A DNA stretch of 64,000 bases from Vicugna vicugna (lineage: Eukaryota). The stretch spans positions 9,467,009-9,531,008 of the forward strand of contig MU058781.1 of assembly GCA_013265495.1 (NCBI GenBank). The letters are read 5' to 3'. Below, piece after piece: positions 61,356 through 64,000 of this stretch (its first letter is position 1; each line of letters starts with the position of its first letter). The position numbers and the translations under genes were made by a program. The notes beneath the pieces are model-generated. The model saw only the letters and a program-made list of their open reading frames with translations, did not search any database and was not told the DNA's origin.

Positions 61356-64000
61356 TAGGACTCTGGGTTTTTTTTGTTTGTTTGTTTTTTTCTTTTTTGG
61401 AACTTCTGCTCATCACCTCTCTAATGCCAAACACAGTGGGATTACAGTGACTATTGATGTGTCTGGTAGGAAATTCCACTGAGAGCCAGAGACACAGGAA
61501 TTTGTCGAAACTAAGAAATAGTGGAAGCAGGATGGTTTTTTTAAATTTTATTTTTGCTTTGGCCTTATTTACTGAGATCTGACCTTTCTGATAGGTTTCA
61601 TGACTATTTTGGAATGCAGAGTTGGGATACTAATATTTACCCCCAGGCAATATTTATTTAGTGATGTGAGAACTCAGGGCATTAGTTGACTGCAAGTGTG
61701 ATTATTAACAGGACCCAGGAAAAAGCTACCAGAAATAATGGCACCTTTGTTATCGCAGTTTTTTTTTCTTCTTTTTCTTGCCAATAGCGCTGAAGGAAAA
61801 GTGATATTTGCTATCAAATCAGGCAGAGAATTTACAAATGATAACATGTTAGAGAGGCTGCATTCCTTCTAGTATCTCACTCTTGTAGTCGCAAATATCT
61901 TTCTCCCTTGGGAAGATAAAAACACTTGACCGGGGTCATAAATTCGCTGTATTCTATCACCAGGGCCTTCGGAAGTCTGAACAGCCTTGACCTCCTCCTG
62001 ATCTTCTTTTATTGAAACGATGCTTATTGTGTGATTATTGTTTTAGGAAGGCAGAGGAGAAACAGTATAGACATCAGCAGAATTTCCCAAGAAGGAAGAT
62101 TGTGGCCTTTTGGAGGACAGAAATACATACTTTTTGTTGTGGTGACAGTGGTGATGGTAGGTCCCCCCTCCTCCTCCAACGCACACAGACACAACATCTT
62201 ACACAAGAACTCTGCACAGAAGTAGATGTGAATTGGATTGTTTAAGAGTAAGCACCAAAGGAAACAAAAACAAAACCCAACTTGTCTGTGTTTTCTAAAC
62301 AGGTATCAGATTTCTGTTCTTCCCTGTTGATAATACTTGCCTGGATTGCTGCTCACTGTTCAGGCAGGGGTACAGCTGTTGCTGGCTTCAGTTTTTATAA
62401 CCTGGAGGAGTGGCCTTGGGCAGTGATGGAAACCGATGTCCTGTTGAGAAGAATTTAACTTCTTTAATTTGAATGTGCTTAAACGGTGCTTCATGGCACC
62501 GTCTGAAGCAGAGTAACTTGTAGAATGAGTATTTCCCTGCATATTCTGAAATGCCGTAATTCGATACACAGTTTACTACCTCAGTATCCAAAATGGGAAG
62601 TGTCATTTCTGTAGGTCATTCGGAGTCTAGATTGATCCAGGGGGAGGGGACACTGGGGGCGTCTGTCTCCAGTCAAGCTGCCTATGGTGCTGTAATGGAC
62701 CTGAAGCTAGCAGTTGATAATGATGTCATCTTGGGGATGTTGCTGGCATTTTTTTTTCTCAGTAGACTGGCACTAAACTGTTTTTCAAAACACAAAAGAA
62801 GGAATTCTGGCTCACTTTGCGTATCCGATAGGCTTGGCTGTTTCTTATGAGTGAGGTGTTGTCTTCATGTTTATCTCCTTGCAGGGAAGTGTCTGTTGAC
62901 GCAGTATACATTTCAGTCACCTTTATCACAGAGCCGTCTGTGAAGACTTGAGGGCAAGTCAGGAAAGCCCCCCAGAGCAACTTCTCAGCCCCCGAACCCC
63001 GCCTAACCAGATACCAGCAGTTTTTATTTCTGTGTTGCTGGAGATTTCTCCTACGATAACGAGAGACCTCACAGAATCTTAAAGCACTGGATTTAGAACT
63101 GTGTGTTAGAAGTGAGCACAAGTCTCCAGGTGTTGTTCTCCCTCCTTCAGTGCAAGACTGCTTTGCTTTTGTGTAAATGAAGTTGCAAAGCTCAGGTCAA
63201 CCTGGGGTGTTTGTTCTTTTCTATTCCAGACCCTTTGTTCTTCTCTATTTTCTGGCCCCTTGGAATCTTTTACAATACTTGGCTCGAAGATTTCTGCTAA
63301 GAAGGCTATTAAAATGCCAGCTTGAGCTGCTTTCCCAGCCTTGGGTCTTCCGGGTTCTGGCCGTGCGATTGCATCCTGCTCTGGAGTCTTGGCTGGGGGC
63401 CTCTCGCACCTCCTGTTGGCTCTTGAGTGGCTAAAATTTGGTGGAGCCTTCCTTGCTCTTTCCCTCCACTCAGTCCTCCTGCTAGCAGTTCTGCCCACTT
63501 AGAGGTAAGCTAGTTGGACTTCGATGCCCCCAGATAATTCTAAGCAGGGGAACCTTCATTCTGCTTGGATTTTCTGATTCCAGCTTCCCTTTCTAGTTCT
63601 GACCCTTCAGCTGCTTTCTACAGATGTCAATAGCAATGTTTCTCCTTACCACATTTATTTTTGAAATAACATTATATTTGATCCTTAAGCTGCCTGCTGT
63701 GGGAAGAGTTAATAGCCTCTTTATGGCCTCCAGATAAATTCACAACAAAAGCGGAGGGGAGGGACAAGGCTGGGGGTGGGCAGAGGAGAGAAGTGCCCCG
63801 ATGAGTGAGGGGTGGACGTAGCTTGGGTGTTGGCTGGAACGTCAGCAGAAGAGGGCCGTCTGTGCCATCAGCCGTTGGAACCCTTCCCGGGCAGGGGGCA
63901 GGCGTGTTGTTAACTCCCCTTCAGAAGTGGAGTTCAGTGTTGAGGATAGAACATTGTCTAACTATTGCCTTTCGTGATGACCATTTTAGAAGAGTGCTTT

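Larger units (their letters stand above)
1..64000 (+). other. Probable interior of a large intron of an unidentified + strand gene (intergenic not excluded)
   Basis: No supportable coding exon. Visual excess of long T-runs over A-runs (e.g. 9139-9151, 12370-12381, 13825-13841, 41436-41448, 48735-48747, 54595-54608) and of G over C, as in transcription-associated skew; not computed. Confidence 0.5.

Noticed and set aside
62860..62960. Good acceptor (tttatctccttgcag|ggaag) as a possible coding exon
   Set aside because: All three frames stop within about 70 nt and no strong donor precedes the stops; a non-coding exon cannot be supported without RNA data.
1..64000. CRISPR arrays, operons, tRNA/rRNA genes, intact retroviral or transposase ORFs
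   Set aside because: None seen; the sequence is mammalian non-coding DNA with only decayed repeats.

Overview
Mammalian non-coding DNA, most likely from a camelid (camel/alpaca/llama). The young LINE-1 3' tips resemble camelid L1 ends as I recall them, and I saw no Alu, Bov-A/BovB, PRE-1, ERE or Can-SINE. I could not support any protein-coding exon, RNA gene or full CpG-island promoter. The ORF track is chance ORFs, apart from a dead LINE-1 ORF2 fragment (6297-6575). By eye, long T-runs and G-richness are in excess on the + strand, which fits the interior of a large intron of a + strand gene that I cannot name. The window is a mosaic of old MIR, L2 and MER5 fossils, L1 3' ends (some with visible TSDs), three solo LTRs and a Tigger MITE. 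The items most worth checking are: a near-perfect 350/351-bp tandem duplication (47638-48340); a candidate L1 3' transduction (~58297-58430); an internal L1 fragment that looks like an endonuclease-independent insertion; a small CpG-retaining patch with a nearby E-box/N-box cluster (37840-39125); and several NRF2/MAF-type ARE and AP-1 clusters. I found no convincing novel multi-component system. Repeat families were assigned by eye from remembered consensus sequences, and repeat boundaries are approximate unless TSDs/TIRs are given.
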